From assembly GCA_964527425.1 (NCBI GenBank), contig CAZGOA010000001.1, positions 179,273-243,272 on the forward strand: a stretch of DNA of 64,000 bases, given 5' to 3'. Position 1 is the stretch's first letter; each line of letters begins with the position of its first letter. Shown one piece after another: positions 40,574 through 51,553 of the stretch. The notes beneath the pieces are model-generated. The model was not told where the DNA came from. It saw only the letters and a program-made list of their open reading frames with translations, and ran no database searches. This DNA is from an uncultured Gammaproteobacteria bacterium (GTDB taxonomy: Bacteria; Patescibacteriota; Microgenomatia; UBA10105; UBA927). The translations under genes and the position numbers were made by a program.

Positions 40574-41407
40574 TTATGAAATTTGAAACTGGTGACGTTG
40601 CTTAATGTCTTTAATACAAGAATCAATAAGTTTTTTATATGTATATTTTGGTAATGCATAGAAATCTAATACTGATAAGTTGTCTACAATAATAGGACTA
40701 TGGTCATTGTTATTAATTGGATGAACTTCAATTGAAAAAGGTGAAAGTATATCACGCGCTAAATCGTATCGAGTTACTAACTCTGGAGAGGCAACAGCAA
40801 TAGTTTCATTAAGAATAGAAGATTGTATACATTGGGTAATAACTTCACTGATATGTCCTGCATAAGTCGGTTGAAATTTCCAGGAAGTATCATATTGGGC
40901 AAGTATATGTTCATCTATATTTTTCAGTAATCGATTAAATGGTCGATCATTTGTGCTATTGGGACTTCCCCCTACAATTAATGATGGTCGAATTATGAGA
41001 TAGCCTGACGAAGAGTCAGCAACGATTTGTTCAGATTCATACTTATTTTTTCCATAGATGTTGGATGGATTTTTTGCAGAAAAGGATGAAATATACATTA
41101 TTTTTATATTATTTGTATTGGCTAATTGCACAATGTATTCTGTCGATTTTACATTTATTAAAGTTGCTTCTTTAGGATTCTGTTCACACCAACGCGCATT
41201 TGCATTATTGGCTGCATGAATAATAATATTAGGTTTATATGTTGATAGAGCAGTCTCTAAATGTTTCTTATTTGTTACATCAAGCTGAATAAATCGTGAG
41301 GATAATGGTTGAGTACGGTACGTGCCAATGACTTCAAACGTTTTTTCTAGATCTAAAAAGAGTCTAGCTCCTAAATAGCTATTTGCACCTGTTATGAGTA
41401 TCTTCAT
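40574..41407 (-). CDS. RmlD-like NAD-dependent sugar reductase/epimerase
   Basis: ILITGANSYLG, YISS, NIYGKNK. Confidence 0.75.
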   Translation of the reverse strand: MKILITGANSYLGARLFLDLEKTFEVIGTYRTQPLSSRFIQLDVTNKKHLETALSTYKPNIIIHAANNANARWCEQNPKEATLINVKSTEYIVQLANTNNIKIMYISSFSAKNPSNIYGKNKYESEQIVADSSSGYLIIRPSLIVGGSPNSTNDRPFNRLLKNIDEHILAQYDTSWKFQPTYAGHISEVITQCIQSSILNETIAVASPELVTRYDLARDILSPFSIEVHPINNNDHSPIIVDNLSVLDFYALPKYTYKKLIDSCIKDIKQRHQFQIS

Positions 41408-41654
41408 ATATTACTGAATCAATTAAGCGTTCTTTTTCTTTTTTATTTAGTTTTTTAAGTAAATATTCCCGTTTGAGTGCTTCACTTTTTGTTTCAACCT
41501 GTTCTGTATACACTAAGTAAAATGAAGAAAAAAGTCTAAGATATTTTGCACCAACTTTTTTCTCTTTATGTTGTTCTAGTCTTTTTTTAAGATTATTAGT
41601 TTGTCCAACATACAATGTATTTCCTGAAGTGCGCAACATATATATTGTATACAT
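41379..41654 (-). CDS. GIY-YIG nuclease (YazA-like)
   Basis: MYTIYML...LYVGQTNNLKKRLEQH...ALKREY. Confidence 0.88.
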   Translation of the reverse strand: MYTIYMLRTSGNTLYVGQTNNLKKRLEQHKEKKVGAKYLRLFSSFYLVYTEQVETKSEALKREYLLKKLNKKEKERLIDSVIYEDTHNRCK

Positions 41655-41879
41655 ATTTGCAATAATATCAGTATCATCTAGTTTTATACTACTCCTGATA
41701 ACCACACACTTTAAGATGAAATGTACAATTTCCCTTATTTTACATTAATAAATTTTTGGGTCTATACAACATATATATTCACTCACATGCTTTTCTTTGA
41801 AATTTTTAGATGATATTCATATTACTTTTTAATCTGGTCTACTCTTGTAACTCTTGTAAATTCCTGTACTATTTGTTCA

Positions 41880-42254
41880 ATGAATATTTCTTTAATCGAA
41901 TCGTTTGTTGAAGAAACACTCGATACTCTCCCACAAGAATTTGGAAGCAAATTACAAAACATATCCATTGTAGTAGAAGATTGGCCAACTGAAGAACAGT
42001 TGCGTTTAGGAAATGTTCCTGCTGGAATGACCCTGTTTGGGTTGTATCAGGGTGTACCGTTAACTAAACGAAATCATTACCATGCAGTCTTACCAGACCG
42101 AATAACACTGTTTGCTGGTCCCTTATTTAGAGCACATGGGAAGGATATATTACAATTACAACAGCAGGTGAGAGATACTGTTATTCACGAGCTTGGACAT
42201 TATTTTGGAATGAATGAAGAAGAAATTAGAGCAGCACAATTTAAAAAAGCATGA
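41880..42254 (+). CDS. Zincin-like metallopeptidase (DUF1025)
   Basis: GLYQGVPL, PDRITLF, IHELGHYFG. Confidence 0.88.
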   Translation: MNISLIESFVEETLDTLPQEFGSKLQNISIVVEDWPTEEQLRLGNVPAGMTLFGLYQGVPLTKRNHYHAVLPDRITLFAGPLFRAHGKDILQLQQQVRDTVIHELGHYFGMNEEEIRAAQFKKA

Positions 42255-42523
42255 ATAAAAACATATAAAAATATATTTTCTTCTTTTATTAGTTACCTGC
42301 TTTAGAAGTCTTTTTTAATAACTACGGAAAATAATGGTTTTGTAATGATAAGAAAATAATTATGACTGAGGTTTAACAGAGACAACATGATATGACATAC
42401 TGATGTTATAATGGGTAATCATAAACTAATCTTTCACTCATTGAATACTGTCCTACTGATCTATTCTATAAAATGAAATACACTACTTTTGCACTTTGTT
42501 GTTGAAAACTAGAATAGTACAAA

Positions 42524-43519
42524 TTAATATACAGAATTTATAAGTGTATTCTGTTTATACTGATTAATATTTTGGATAGTTACATCGAGTATTTCTTTTA
42601 GCGCTTCTTCGCTATTAAAAGCATTGTGATTAGTAAAAATTACATCATCTCTAGTCAATAAGACATGATTTAGCAATTGCACAGCAATGTCTCCTTTACT
42701 GAGGAACTCTTGAGTAAGCAGTTCTCTTTCTTCTTTTAGTGCGCCTTCTTCCTCTAGTACGTCAAGTCCAGCAGCTTTAAATATACCAGTTTTTAACCCT
42801 TCTACTATTGCTTGTGTTTCTACCAACTGTCCTCTTGAGGTATTGATTAATATGCATCCTTTTTTACACAGTGTTATGTTGTTTTTATTAATAAGATGAT
42901 GAGTTTCAGTATTGGCAGGCAGGTGAAGAGAGATAATATCTGATTGTTTCATTAAATCTTCTAGGGTTGTATATACTACTCCAGTTCGCTCTAATCCGGG
43001 GTGTCTCGTATAGATAAGTACGTTCATTCCAAAACTTAATGCAATCTCAACTACTTTCTTACCAATTTCTCCTTCTCCGATAACACCTAACGTTTTGCCG
43101 TATAGATCAAACCCTTTTAAACCATCAATATGAAAATTTCCTCGCTTACTTCTTTCTACTGTCTGGATAAGATTTCTGCTTAAGGCAAGTATTATTGCAA
43201 AGGTATGTTCAGCAACAGTATGTGATCCATAAGTAGGTACATGAACAACTGCAATTTTTTTTTGTTTACAATAATCAATATCAATATGATCAAATCCTGT
43301 GGAACGGGTAGCTATTAAAGAAAGATTTGGATATTTATCGATGTACTCTTTTGTTACTTTTGAATATATAAATGGAGAAATTATTCTCGACTGATATACT
43401 TCTTCATTGGATACATCTTGCATTTTATCTTTTGTATATACTATTTGATAGTCTTTTAATTGAGTAACTAGATACTCTTTTTCCCACTGCTCTATTTCAA
43501 AAAATGTAATTATGTCCAT
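42524..43519 (-). CDS. D-lactate/D-2-hydroxyacid dehydrogenase
   Basis: RSTGFDHID, VAEHT, INTSRG, LDVLEEE, HNAF. Confidence 0.9.
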   Translation of the reverse strand: MDIITFFEIEQWEKEYLVTQLKDYQIVYTKDKMQDVSNEEVYQSRIISPFIYSKVTKEYIDKYPNLSLIATRSTGFDHIDIDYCKQKKIAVVHVPTYGSHTVAEHTFAIILALSRNLIQTVERSKRGNFHIDGLKGFDLYGKTLGVIGEGEIGKKVVEIALSFGMNVLIYTRHPGLERTGVVYTTLEDLMKQSDIISLHLPANTETHHLINKNNITLCKKGCILINTSRGQLVETQAIVEGLKTGIFKAAGLDVLEEEGALKEERELLTQEFLSKGDIAVQLLNHVLLTRDDVIFTNHNAFNSEEALKEILDVTIQNINQYKQNTLINSVY

Positions 43520-43727
43520 GTATAAATTATTTTTTATAAGTACACATACTTATTTTGGAATAAATCTAATTTCTCTGTAATCATCTTGCAAATGGTGTAA
43601 TTATCCTTTAAATATTGTAAAGATAGAAACTCAGACGAGAGTATTTCATAGTATTGGAAAATCTAAACATTATTACTCGTCATGTTAAAGGTAATATCAG
43701 TCACCTATTTAAGCTATAATACACGCT

Positions 43728-44348
43728 ATGGACAGTGAAATACAACAAAAGCTTTTGACTTTTTTTCATACATTCCCTCAAAAATCATTTAAAAAAAACC
43801 AAGTGTTTCTTTCTCCTAATAAAAAACCTGAAGGGGTGTTTTTATTAACAAAGGGAACTGTTAGGATGTATAGTTTGTCAAAAGATGGTACAGAACTTTC
43901 AATAAATTTATTTAAACCCCTATCTTTTTTCCCTATGGGATGGGCACTTGATGTTTCAGCAAATAATTATTACTTTGATTCTTTTACTGATGTAACTGTT
44001 TTTATTGCACCTAAAGAAAAAACAATACATTTTTTAAAACAACAGCCAGAAATAGTTTGGGATTTGCTCAAAAGAATTTATAAAGGATTTGATGGATATT
44101 TTAGAGAAATGGAATCACTCTTAGAGGGAAAAGCATATTATAAAATCATTACTCAATTAATAATTCAGGCAAAACGATCGAATGATCATATATATTTAAC
44201 ACATAATCAGCTAGCAACACTTACTGGATTATCTAGAGAAACGGTAACAAGAGAACTAAAAAAAATCACCGAAAAAGGAATTATTAGTAAAGTAGAAAAA
44301 CATATAAAGATACTTAATCTGCCTTTGCTTGAAAACGAATTAAAGTAA
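43728..44348 (+). CDS. Crp/Fnr family transcriptional regulator
   Basis: cNMP-binding-like N-domain; LTHNQLATLTGLSRETVTRELK HTH. Confidence 0.9.
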   Translation: MDSEIQQKLLTFFHTFPQKSFKKNQVFLSPNKKPEGVFLLTKGTVRMYSLSKDGTELSINLFKPLSFFPMGWALDVSANNYYFDSFTDVTVFIAPKEKTIHFLKQQPEIVWDLLKRIYKGFDGYFREMESLLEGKAYYKIITQLIIQAKRSNDHIYLTHNQLATLTGLSRETVTRELKKITEKGIISKVEKHIKILNLPLLENELK

Positions 44349-44541
44349 TTTTTTTTCGTAGATATTACTTACAATTGTTCCAATTACAAAAATTGGGAAA
44401 GATAAAACTTATGCTTAATAATTGATGAACAGATATGTTTGCAAGCTATTATAAAATAGTTACCATCCTTATTCACTATTTGCTTATCATTTATATATCG
44501 AAGTTTTTATTAAGATAATAAATGCCATACTTCATTAACTT

Positions 44542-45153
44542 ATGATAAACCATCATCGAAATATTCATACAAAAAAAATCATATTACGGCAACAAGCAAA
44601 TACTCGAATTAATAATCTCTCTTTAGAAGATATTAACCATAAGAGTAAATGCATCATAGAACAATTGAGAGTACTGGACATAGCAAACATTTCAAATAAC
44701 TTTTGTGTATATTGTTCTTTGTCAAGAGAAGTACAAACAGATGAATTTATTATGTACTTACTGAATCAACATAAAAATGTTGCTATACCTAGAATAACTA
44801 ATGAAAATCTAACGCTCCATTATATTTCTTCACTCGCTGATGTTCGTATTTCTTCTCATAGAATTAGAGAACCCATAAACACTTATGAACCAATAGATGC
44901 AAAAGATATTGATGTATTTGTAATTCCTGGTCTTGCATTTGATAGATTTGGAACTAGACTCGGAAGAGGTAAAGGATATTATGATAAGGTACTACAGGGG
45001 GTTACTGCACCAAAAATTGGACTCGCTTTTTCGGAACAAATTTTTCCTCTTTTACCTAAAAATAATCATGATATAGTAATGGATATTATTATAACTGACA
45101 TAGAAGTTATAAACGTAAATAATCTCTATGAAAAAAACACTACAACACCCTGA
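44542..45153 (+). CDS. 5-formyltetrahydrofolate cyclo-ligase
   Basis: IPGLAFDRFGTRLGRGKGYYDK. Confidence 0.92.
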   Translation: MINHHRNIHTKKIILRQQANTRINNLSLEDINHKSKCIIEQLRVLDIANISNNFCVYCSLSREVQTDEFIMYLLNQHKNVAIPRITNENLTLHYISSLADVRISSHRIREPINTYEPIDAKDIDVFVIPGLAFDRFGTRLGRGKGYYDKVLQGVTAPKIGLAFSEQIFPLLPKNNHDIVMDIIITDIEVINVNNLYEKNTTTP

Positions 45154-46081
45154 ATATCAATATTTAAATCTCATGGAAGATATTATGGAGAATGGTGCAT
45201 GGAAAGAAAGTCACTCTACTGGAGTCAAACTCAAGAGCGTTTTTGGAAGAATTACTCGATATGATTTATCACAAGGATTTCCCCTATTAACAACAAAAAA
45301 AGTCTTCAGCAGGGGCATTATTCATGAACTCTTATGGTTTTTGTCTGGAGATAGTAGTATTAAATATTTAGTTGAGAATAATGTACATATTTGGGATGAA
45401 TGGGCATACATGAAATACGAATGGGCGGTAAAAGAAAAAAAAGCTAAACCAATTAGCTATGAAGATTTTTTGGACAGAATAAAAAATGATAAAAAATTCT
45501 TGAAACAATGGGGTGATTTGGGTCCAGTGTATGGTGTTCAATGGCGAAACTGGCCTGCTGGCAGAAGCAGAACCGTTGATCAATTAGGTTGGGCAATTGA
45601 AAAAATAAAAAAATATCCAATGAAGAAACATTACATAATTTCTGCTTGGAATGCAGGCTGTATTTATGAAATGTCCGGAAGCCATAGTGCATCAATGGTT
45701 ATTGCACCTTGTCATACCATGTTTCATATTAATATTACAGGTAATAAACTCTCTTTACTTCTCTATCAACGAAGTGCCGATCTTTTCTTAGGCGTTCCAT
45801 TTAATATTGCTTCCTATGCTCTATTAACGATGATGCTTGCACAAGTCACGGGATATGAACCTGGTGACTTTGTTCATGTATTTGGAGATGTTCACATTTA
45901 TGAAAACCACTTTGAGCAATGCAAAGAGCAATTATCTAGAAAACCGAGACCATTTCCCATTATGAAGATTAATCCTAAGAAAAAGAAAATAAATGATTTT
46001 ACTATTGATGACTTCACTATAGAAGGATACGATCCATACCCACCAATAAAGGGAGATATTACGGTGGTTGGAGGTTTTTAA
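45128..46081 (+). CDS. thyA: Thymidylate synthase
   Basis: FPLLTTKK, LGPVYGVQWR, PCH, YQRSADLFLGVPFNIASY. Confidence 0.96.
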   Translation: MKKTLQHPEYQYLNLMEDIMENGAWKESHSTGVKLKSVFGRITRYDLSQGFPLLTTKKVFSRGIIHELLWFLSGDSSIKYLVENNVHIWDEWAYMKYEWAVKEKKAKPISYEDFLDRIKNDKKFLKQWGDLGPVYGVQWRNWPAGRSRTVDQLGWAIEKIKKYPMKKHYIISAWNAGCIYEMSGSHSASMVIAPCHTMFHINITGNKLSLLLYQRSADLFLGVPFNIASYALLTMMLAQVTGYEPGDFVHVFGDVHIYENHFEQCKEQLSRKPRPFPIMKINPKKKKINDFTIDDFTIEGYDPYPPIKGDITVVGGF

Positions 46082-46086
46082 TTTAC

Positions 46087-46560
46087 ATGCTTTCACTTAT
46101 TGCTGTTATTGGAAAAAACAGAGAACTTGGGAAAGATAATGCGCTTCTCTGGCATATTCCCGGAGACCTACCTCGATTTAAAAAACTTACATCTGGTCAC
46201 CCTGTTATTATGGGGAAGAATACCTTTATTTCAATTGGACGTCCATTACCAAATAGAACAAATATTGTGGTTTCAACAAATTTATCTCCTCACGAAGGTA
46301 TACATATAACTTCAAATATTGAAGATGCTTTAGAAACAGCTAAAACTGCACCAGGCAATAATGAAATATTCATTATTGGAGGAGGCTCTCTCTATTCACA
46401 AACGATTCATAAAGCAGATACATTATATTTAACTGTTGTTGATGAATCAGCTCATGCAGACACATTTTTCCCTGATTATTCACAATTTAAAACCATCGTT
46501 TCGTCTGAAACACATAATAAAGGTGGATATACTTATTCGTATATAACGTTTAAAAGATAG
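46087..46560 (+). CDS. folA: Dihydrofolate reductase
   Basis: LLWHIPGDL, RPLPNR, IIGGG, DTFFP. Confidence 0.95.
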   Translation: MLSLIAVIGKNRELGKDNALLWHIPGDLPRFKKLTSGHPVIMGKNTFISIGRPLPNRTNIVVSTNLSPHEGIHITSNIEDALETAKTAPGNNEIFIIGGGSLYSQTIHKADTLYLTVVDESAHADTFFPDYSQFKTIVSSETHNKGGYTYSYITFKR

Positions 46561-46669
46561 CAAATTTACTATTGGATGTGAAATTATTCCTAACATAAGA
46601 ATTAGAAAAGATTGAAAAAATATCTAATTTGTTGTACATAATAAGTGTACACTGCCATTAATTTATAGA

Positions 46670-47809
46670 ATGAAACATATAAAAAATCTCATTCAGCCTC
46701 TTACAAATACTCCGCATATACACACTAGTGATTCCATTACAAAACTTTCTTCCCTTACCACTAGCAGTCATGATGGGGTATTGGTATTTGATAAACATAA
46801 TAACTTCAAGGGTATAACTGCGATCTATCATCTTTTACATAAGAATAATATTGCGTTGAATAACACAGTCGATTCTATAATGTTACATCCCCCTTATATT
46901 ACTGTTGATTCAACAGTATGGGATGTAATGCAAGCAATGATAAGCCTTCATATTTATACACTTCCTTTCTTTGACGAGAAGCAACAATTACTAGGTGTTA
47001 TAAAAGCTAAAGATGTTATCAAAGAAATGACTAATGAAAAAGAAATGTTTTTGTCTATTGAAAAACATTTGAAAATTAAAGATATCATCATTACTGAAGA
47101 ATCTGCGTCAATAAAAGATGTCTATACAGTTATACGCAAGGGGCACAAAACACGCGTACTCGTTGTATCAAAAAAAGGAATTTTACAAGGAATTTTATCT
47201 AGGAGAGATATATATCTTTCACAGCTTTCCCCAGCTCCCAATGAACGGCATAAACAAAAAGGTGGAAAGAAATCAGCATCATTCTTCGATCGTGATTGGC
47301 CAAAAAAACTCGATAGACCTGTTAAAACATTTATGACTCGAAATGTTTTGACGGTAAGTGAAAACGCAAGCTGGAAAACGATAGTTACTACACTTATTTC
47401 GTCCGATGCTAACACTATTGTTTTTGTTGATAAAACTAATGTGCCTCAGGGAATTATTTCTGTTCGAGATATACTTATGGCATGTTTAGAAAATCAACCA
47501 GAAAAGAAGATCCCAATAATAATTACTGATAGGAAAAAATCACTTCACGCATTTCAATTATTAGAGATGGAAGACTTATTATCATCGTTTACTGCTAAGA
47601 TCTCAAAAAAACGACCGGTTAAACAAGTTCAGCTAATCCTGGACACTGTTAAACAAACAAACCAGAGTATTAAACAGTTTGAGGTACATATTCAAGTCAC
47701 AGTAAACGACGGAAAAATTTTAAGAGCTAAATGCAACGCGTATACTTTACGAAATGGTGTAAAAGAGTGCCAACAAAAAATTGAAAAAATTATACATAGA
47801 GATCACTGA
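46670..47809 (+). CDS. Four-CBS-domain protein with C-terminal HPF/RaiA-like domain
   Basis: Two CBS pairs (e.g. GILSRRDI, PVKTFMTRNV, GIISVRDIL), then about 95 aa with a beta-alpha-beta-beta-beta-alpha pattern ending KIEKII. Confidence 0.7.
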   Translation: MKHIKNLIQPLTNTPHIHTSDSITKLSSLTTSSHDGVLVFDKHNNFKGITAIYHLLHKNNIALNNTVDSIMLHPPYITVDSTVWDVMQAMISLHIYTLPFFDEKQQLLGVIKAKDVIKEMTNEKEMFLSIEKHLKIKDIIITEESASIKDVYTVIRKGHKTRVLVVSKKGILQGILSRRDIYLSQLSPAPNERHKQKGGKKSASFFDRDWPKKLDRPVKTFMTRNVLTVSENASWKTIVTTLISSDANTIVFVDKTNVPQGIISVRDILMACLENQPEKKIPIIITDRKKSLHAFQLLEMEDLLSSFTAKISKKRPVKQVQLILDTVKQTNQSIKQFEVHIQVTVNDGKILRAKCNAYTLRNGVKECQQKIEKIIHRDH

Positions 47810-47897
47810 AAGACATAAAACTATTTTATGAATTTATTGATGAAGAGCGCTTTGGGTATTACTAATTATTAATTTATCTTAATTATTGATTAGATTA

Positions 47898-48335
47898 TTA
47901 AATATTTGCTTTTCCTAAGTCCATACATACTCTAACAATCTCTTGCTTCCTCATTGATTCTAAATTTATTTTCTTCTCTCCAGCAATAATTAATCCCTGA
48001 ATAAGAGCTCTTGCATTAATTGCATCTTTTTTCAATAAATGTGTAAATGTGATGGATTTCTGAGTGAAAAATCGTGTAGTTAACTGAATTGAACCAAAAA
48101 ACATCCCATGATAAGCAGATGCTCTAAGAATATCAACTATATTGATAGTATCAATACTTCTCGAAAAAAACATGTTATGAATAATACTTACCTTTTTAAC
48201 ATCTATAATCAAAGAATCTGGGAAAAAAATAAAAGGTCTTACGGTCTTACATTTATAGAGAACTAATCTGTCACTTGCATAATCATCTACATTTTTATTT
48301 TTCTTATTAATGTAAATGGTTTTATTCTTATTCAT
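47898..48335 (-). CDS. Hypothetical protein (possible bacterial PH-like domain)
   Basis: 145 aa ORF; PFIFFPDSLIID...FFGSIQL. Confidence 0.6.
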   Translation of the reverse strand: MNKNKTIYINKKNKNVDDYASDRLVLYKCKTVRPFIFFPDSLIIDVKKVSIIHNMFFSRSIDTINIVDILRASAYHGMFFGSIQLTTRFFTQKSITFTHLLKKDAINARALIQGLIIAGEKKINLESMRKQEIVRVCMDLGKANI

Positions 48336-48523
48336 AGCTTCAGTATATCATGATTATAATTAATCAGTTAAATGTTCAAATGAAACTATTTTTTACATAT
48401 TTAATATTAAGTTTAAAAAACAAGAATTTTATTGTTATAAAAAGAACATACAACTACTAATAATCAGTTATAGTTAAGATTTAACAAGTTTTTAGAAGAT
48501 ATCTAGAATGATTTAATCTGATT

Positions 48524-49687
48524 TTATTTATCTTGCTTAAATAATTTCCAATATATCCAAAGATTAATTAATTGGATGAAATTTAAACTAAAAAATGCAA
48601 TAGCAGGGTTTGTTCTATCTGCTAACAAACCCAAAATCAATGCTGAAAAGGCAAAAAATATACTTCCTGCAAAAGAATCAAGTGATCCCATCGTTGCTCG
48701 CTGTTCTTGTGTAAACTCTTTTTGCATAAGTGAATTACGAGCTACTTGTGTTACTCCATAAAATAATGATGTCGAAGAAATTAATAGTGGAGATAAAACA
48801 TTTGGAAATACTACAGCAATAATTTTTATGACTCGATTGTAAATATTTTCTGTAATAAAAATTTTAAAGGCTCCAAATTTCTTTATAAGTTTCCCACTAA
48901 AATGAAAGCTTATTGCTGCACCAGCATTTGATAAAGCCTTAGCAATACCAATAGCCCATACTGGCCAAATAGTGTTATAGAATGCAGATTGGAATTGATA
49001 CCCTGCTTCTCCAAACCCAAAAGTTAAAATTGATGAAATACTTAATAAACGTAATTTTCTATTCTTAATAAACTGGGTATATGCTAAACCTAAATGTTTA
49101 AAAATGTTTCCACTTTGTTTGGTATATACTTTTGGTTCAATTAAAAACACACCGAGAATTAAACAAAGTGTTTGAGGTACTACAGATAACCACATGATCA
49201 ACGGGAAAGACCATGAAGCCAATATTCCACCAGTAATTGCTGATATAGCAAGTGCAATTTGAAACATTGCACTAGTTTTTCCTAAATATTCTTCAAACGC
49301 ATCTGCTTTTCCAGAATGTGATAATGTATCATGCAAAAGTGCATTATTATTGCCGCTATAAAAGGATCGAGATAGTCCTTCAAATACTGCTCCTGCTACT
49401 AATATCCAGTATGACTGACCTATGGCATACAACATTGCATAACAGACTGCTGAAAATGCCCCAAATAAAAGCGTTTTTTTTCTACCAATTAAATCAGATA
49501 GAACCCCAGTAGGAATTTCAAATATCGCTGAAGCGATCATCGCTATAGAGAAAATACTCATCCCTAAGGCAAATGATCCACTGACTTGAGAAAAATAAAT
49601 TACTGCTATTGGTGCATAAAGTTTAAAGTCTGTAAAGAAATTAAACCAAGCCATTATTCTGACATTTCTAAGAACCATACTTTTCAC
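48524..49687 (-). CDS. MFS transporter
   Basis: FEIPTGVLSDLIGRKK motif A; many TM helices. Confidence 0.9.
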   Translation of the reverse strand: MKSMVLRNVRIMAWFNFFTDFKLYAPIAVIYFSQVSGSFALGMSIFSIAMIASAIFEIPTGVLSDLIGRKKTLLFGAFSAVCYAMLYAIGQSYWILVAGAVFEGLSRSFYSGNNNALLHDTLSHSGKADAFEEYLGKTSAMFQIALAISAITGGILASWSFPLIMWLSVVPQTLCLILGVFLIEPKVYTKQSGNIFKHLGLAYTQFIKNRKLRLLSISSILTFGFGEAGYQFQSAFYNTIWPVWAIGIAKALSNAGAAISFHFSGKLIKKFGAFKIFITENIYNRVIKIIAVVFPNVLSPLLISSTSLFYGVTQVARNSLMQKEFTQEQRATMGSLDSFAGSIFFAFSALILGLLADRTNPAIAFFSLNFIQLINLWIYWKLFKQDK

Positions 49688-49799
49688 TATATCAAAGAAG
49701 TAATATTAAACGGATATAACTTCATTTATATAAACGAAAAAATTTGTAAAAATAATATAGTTTAGTTAATTTTTTTTAATTCTATTACAGAGCTGCTGT

Positions 49800-50705
49800 T
49801 TACAATTTTATTTCATTTAATAGTTCTGCATTTGCAACATAAATTTCTTTGAAATAGTCTTCATCTTCTAAAAACCAAAGCAGAGAAATAACTGCACAGG
49901 CAAATGACCAATAAAGGATACGTTTTTTATCAAAACCTAACTCTTCTGAAAACTGAACTATTCTATTTGTTTCAAGTCTTTTATAATCACTTCCTTTAGG
50001 ATAATCATAATAAGGATTTCTTAAATATGCTCCTAGCTCAAACTCTCTTTCTCCAACTATACCTTTGGGATCTATAGATAACCATCCTCTCTGTGAAAGG
50101 AGAATGTTGTCACTGTGTAAATCTCCATGGAGCAATACTAATTCTTTTTTATCTTTTGGAAATTCTTTAAAGATTTGTTCAGCTTTATCAAGCATCCAAG
50201 ATGGAATTGGACTATCAGAAGAATACTTAGATTTATGTCTATCAAAAACCTTTGCAATACCAAGAATAGTAGGAAACAACTTAGCGATAAAATCTGGGAC
50301 TGGTCTATGCATTTTTTTTATAACTTCAGCTGAAAATGAGATTTGTTTATGATCTGGGAAAATATCTCTAACTCTTGTTCCAGGTTCTGCCATTTCTAAT
50401 AACAAAACTCCATTTTCGATATCTGCATTCAACACTTTAATAGAACCACTCCCATCATAAAAATTGAGCACTGCGTATTCTAATGGTAAATCTGGATTGT
50501 TCGGAAAACTAATCTTGAGTACTACTAATTTGTCATCATGGGTTTTTGCTGGTGCAACGTAATTGTATGAAAGTGAAAAAGGAGAAAGGCAGGTTAATTT
50601 CCATTCTTGTTCATACTTCCTGATAATATTCGGAAGGTTCTCTAGCCATTTTTTTCCAATATCCCCTCGTAAAGCAATAACAGTTTTTTTAAACTCATTA
50701 TCCAT
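49800..50705 (-). CDS. Aminoglycoside/hydroxyurea resistance kinase (APH(6)-like)
   Basis: GKKWLENLP, VVLK, LLHGDLHSDNIL, IDPKG..GE. Confidence 0.88.
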   Translation of the reverse strand: MDNEFKKTVIALRGDIGKKWLENLPNIIRKYEQEWKLTCLSPFSLSYNYVAPAKTHDDKLVVLKISFPNNPDLPLEYAVLNFYDGSGSIKVLNADIENGVLLLEMAEPGTRVRDIFPDHKQISFSAEVIKKMHRPVPDFIAKLFPTILGIAKVFDRHKSKYSSDSPIPSWMLDKAEQIFKEFPKDKKELVLLHGDLHSDNILLSQRGWLSIDPKGIVGEREFELGAYLRNPYYDYPKGSDYKRLETNRIVQFSEELGFDKKRILYWSFACAVISLLWFLEDEDYFKEIYVANAELLNEIKL

Positions 50706-51026
50706 TCTTAGAGTATAACAAGGAAATATTTTAATAGAAATTCTTGTTTAAATATATTTCTGCCACTCATCAATAATTTCTTCTTAGTTCCAAATGAGAT
50801 AATACTTCCCATTATTTGTATATTCTATAATTTTAATCTCTTACCAGCCTGTATAAGGATGTTTGTAAAATAGTGTTTATACTGCAAAATTCTTTAAATG
50901 ATTATCTCTAATAAATCTGCTTTTTAGAAAATCGGCTACTATACTATATGACAGATGTTGAGGGTATGAATGCTTATCTTCTAACTCAGTAACAAACTGT
51001 GGATAACATTCGAATGTATTTTATGA

Positions 51027-51416
51027 CTAAGTCTTCACCAATAATACCTGTTGCACATCTCGCTGAGACTCACTAGCAAACTCTAGCAAAATTCCAGCCT
51101 CATCCTTAGAAGTATTTACAACCATGTGTGGAATGTGAGGTGAAATATTATAAAGAAACATTTTTCCATGAGGATTCATAACCTCCTCTTTATTTGAACC
51201 ATTCTCTTCCCATACTAACTTTAATCCATGACCAATACCAATAAATGCTTCCCACCTTGGATGCTTATGATTACCTCCAAATTCTCTTGAGGGAATATTT
51301 ACAACAGACCTTTCCTTCACATCAAACGGGATATTGTCTACCTTATCTACTTCTGCGATAAATAACCCGTTTTCTTTGAAAATAGCTGGAGTAAATTCAT
51401 ATTTTTGTACATTCAT
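51027..51416 (-). CDS. Cupin-fold protein (WxcM/FdtA-like)
   Basis: GGNHKHPRWEAF...IPHMVVN; start trimmed because the longer ORF runs through tRNA-Gln. Confidence 0.65.
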   Translation of the reverse strand: MNVQKYEFTPAIFKENGLFIAEVDKVDNIPFDVKERSVVNIPSREFGGNHKHPRWEAFIGIGHGLKLVWEENGSNKEEVMNPHGKMFLYNISPHIPHMVVNTSKDEAGILLEFASESQRDVQQVLLVKT

Positions 51417-51482
51417 ATCAAATTTAATATTCAGATTCGAACTGTACTTGATTGTTTTGATATTTAGGGCTAATTTATTATG

Positions 51483-51553
51483 CTGGGAGATAGGGATTCG
51501 AACCCCAATTAACAGGGCCAGAACCTGTCGTCCTACCGTTAGACGATCTCCCA
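51483..51553 (-). tRNA. tRNA-Gln (CTG), CCA not encoded
   Basis: TGGGAGA/TCTCCCA acceptor; ACAGG-TTCTGGC-CCTGT anticodon arm; GGTTCGAATCC. Confidence 0.95.
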
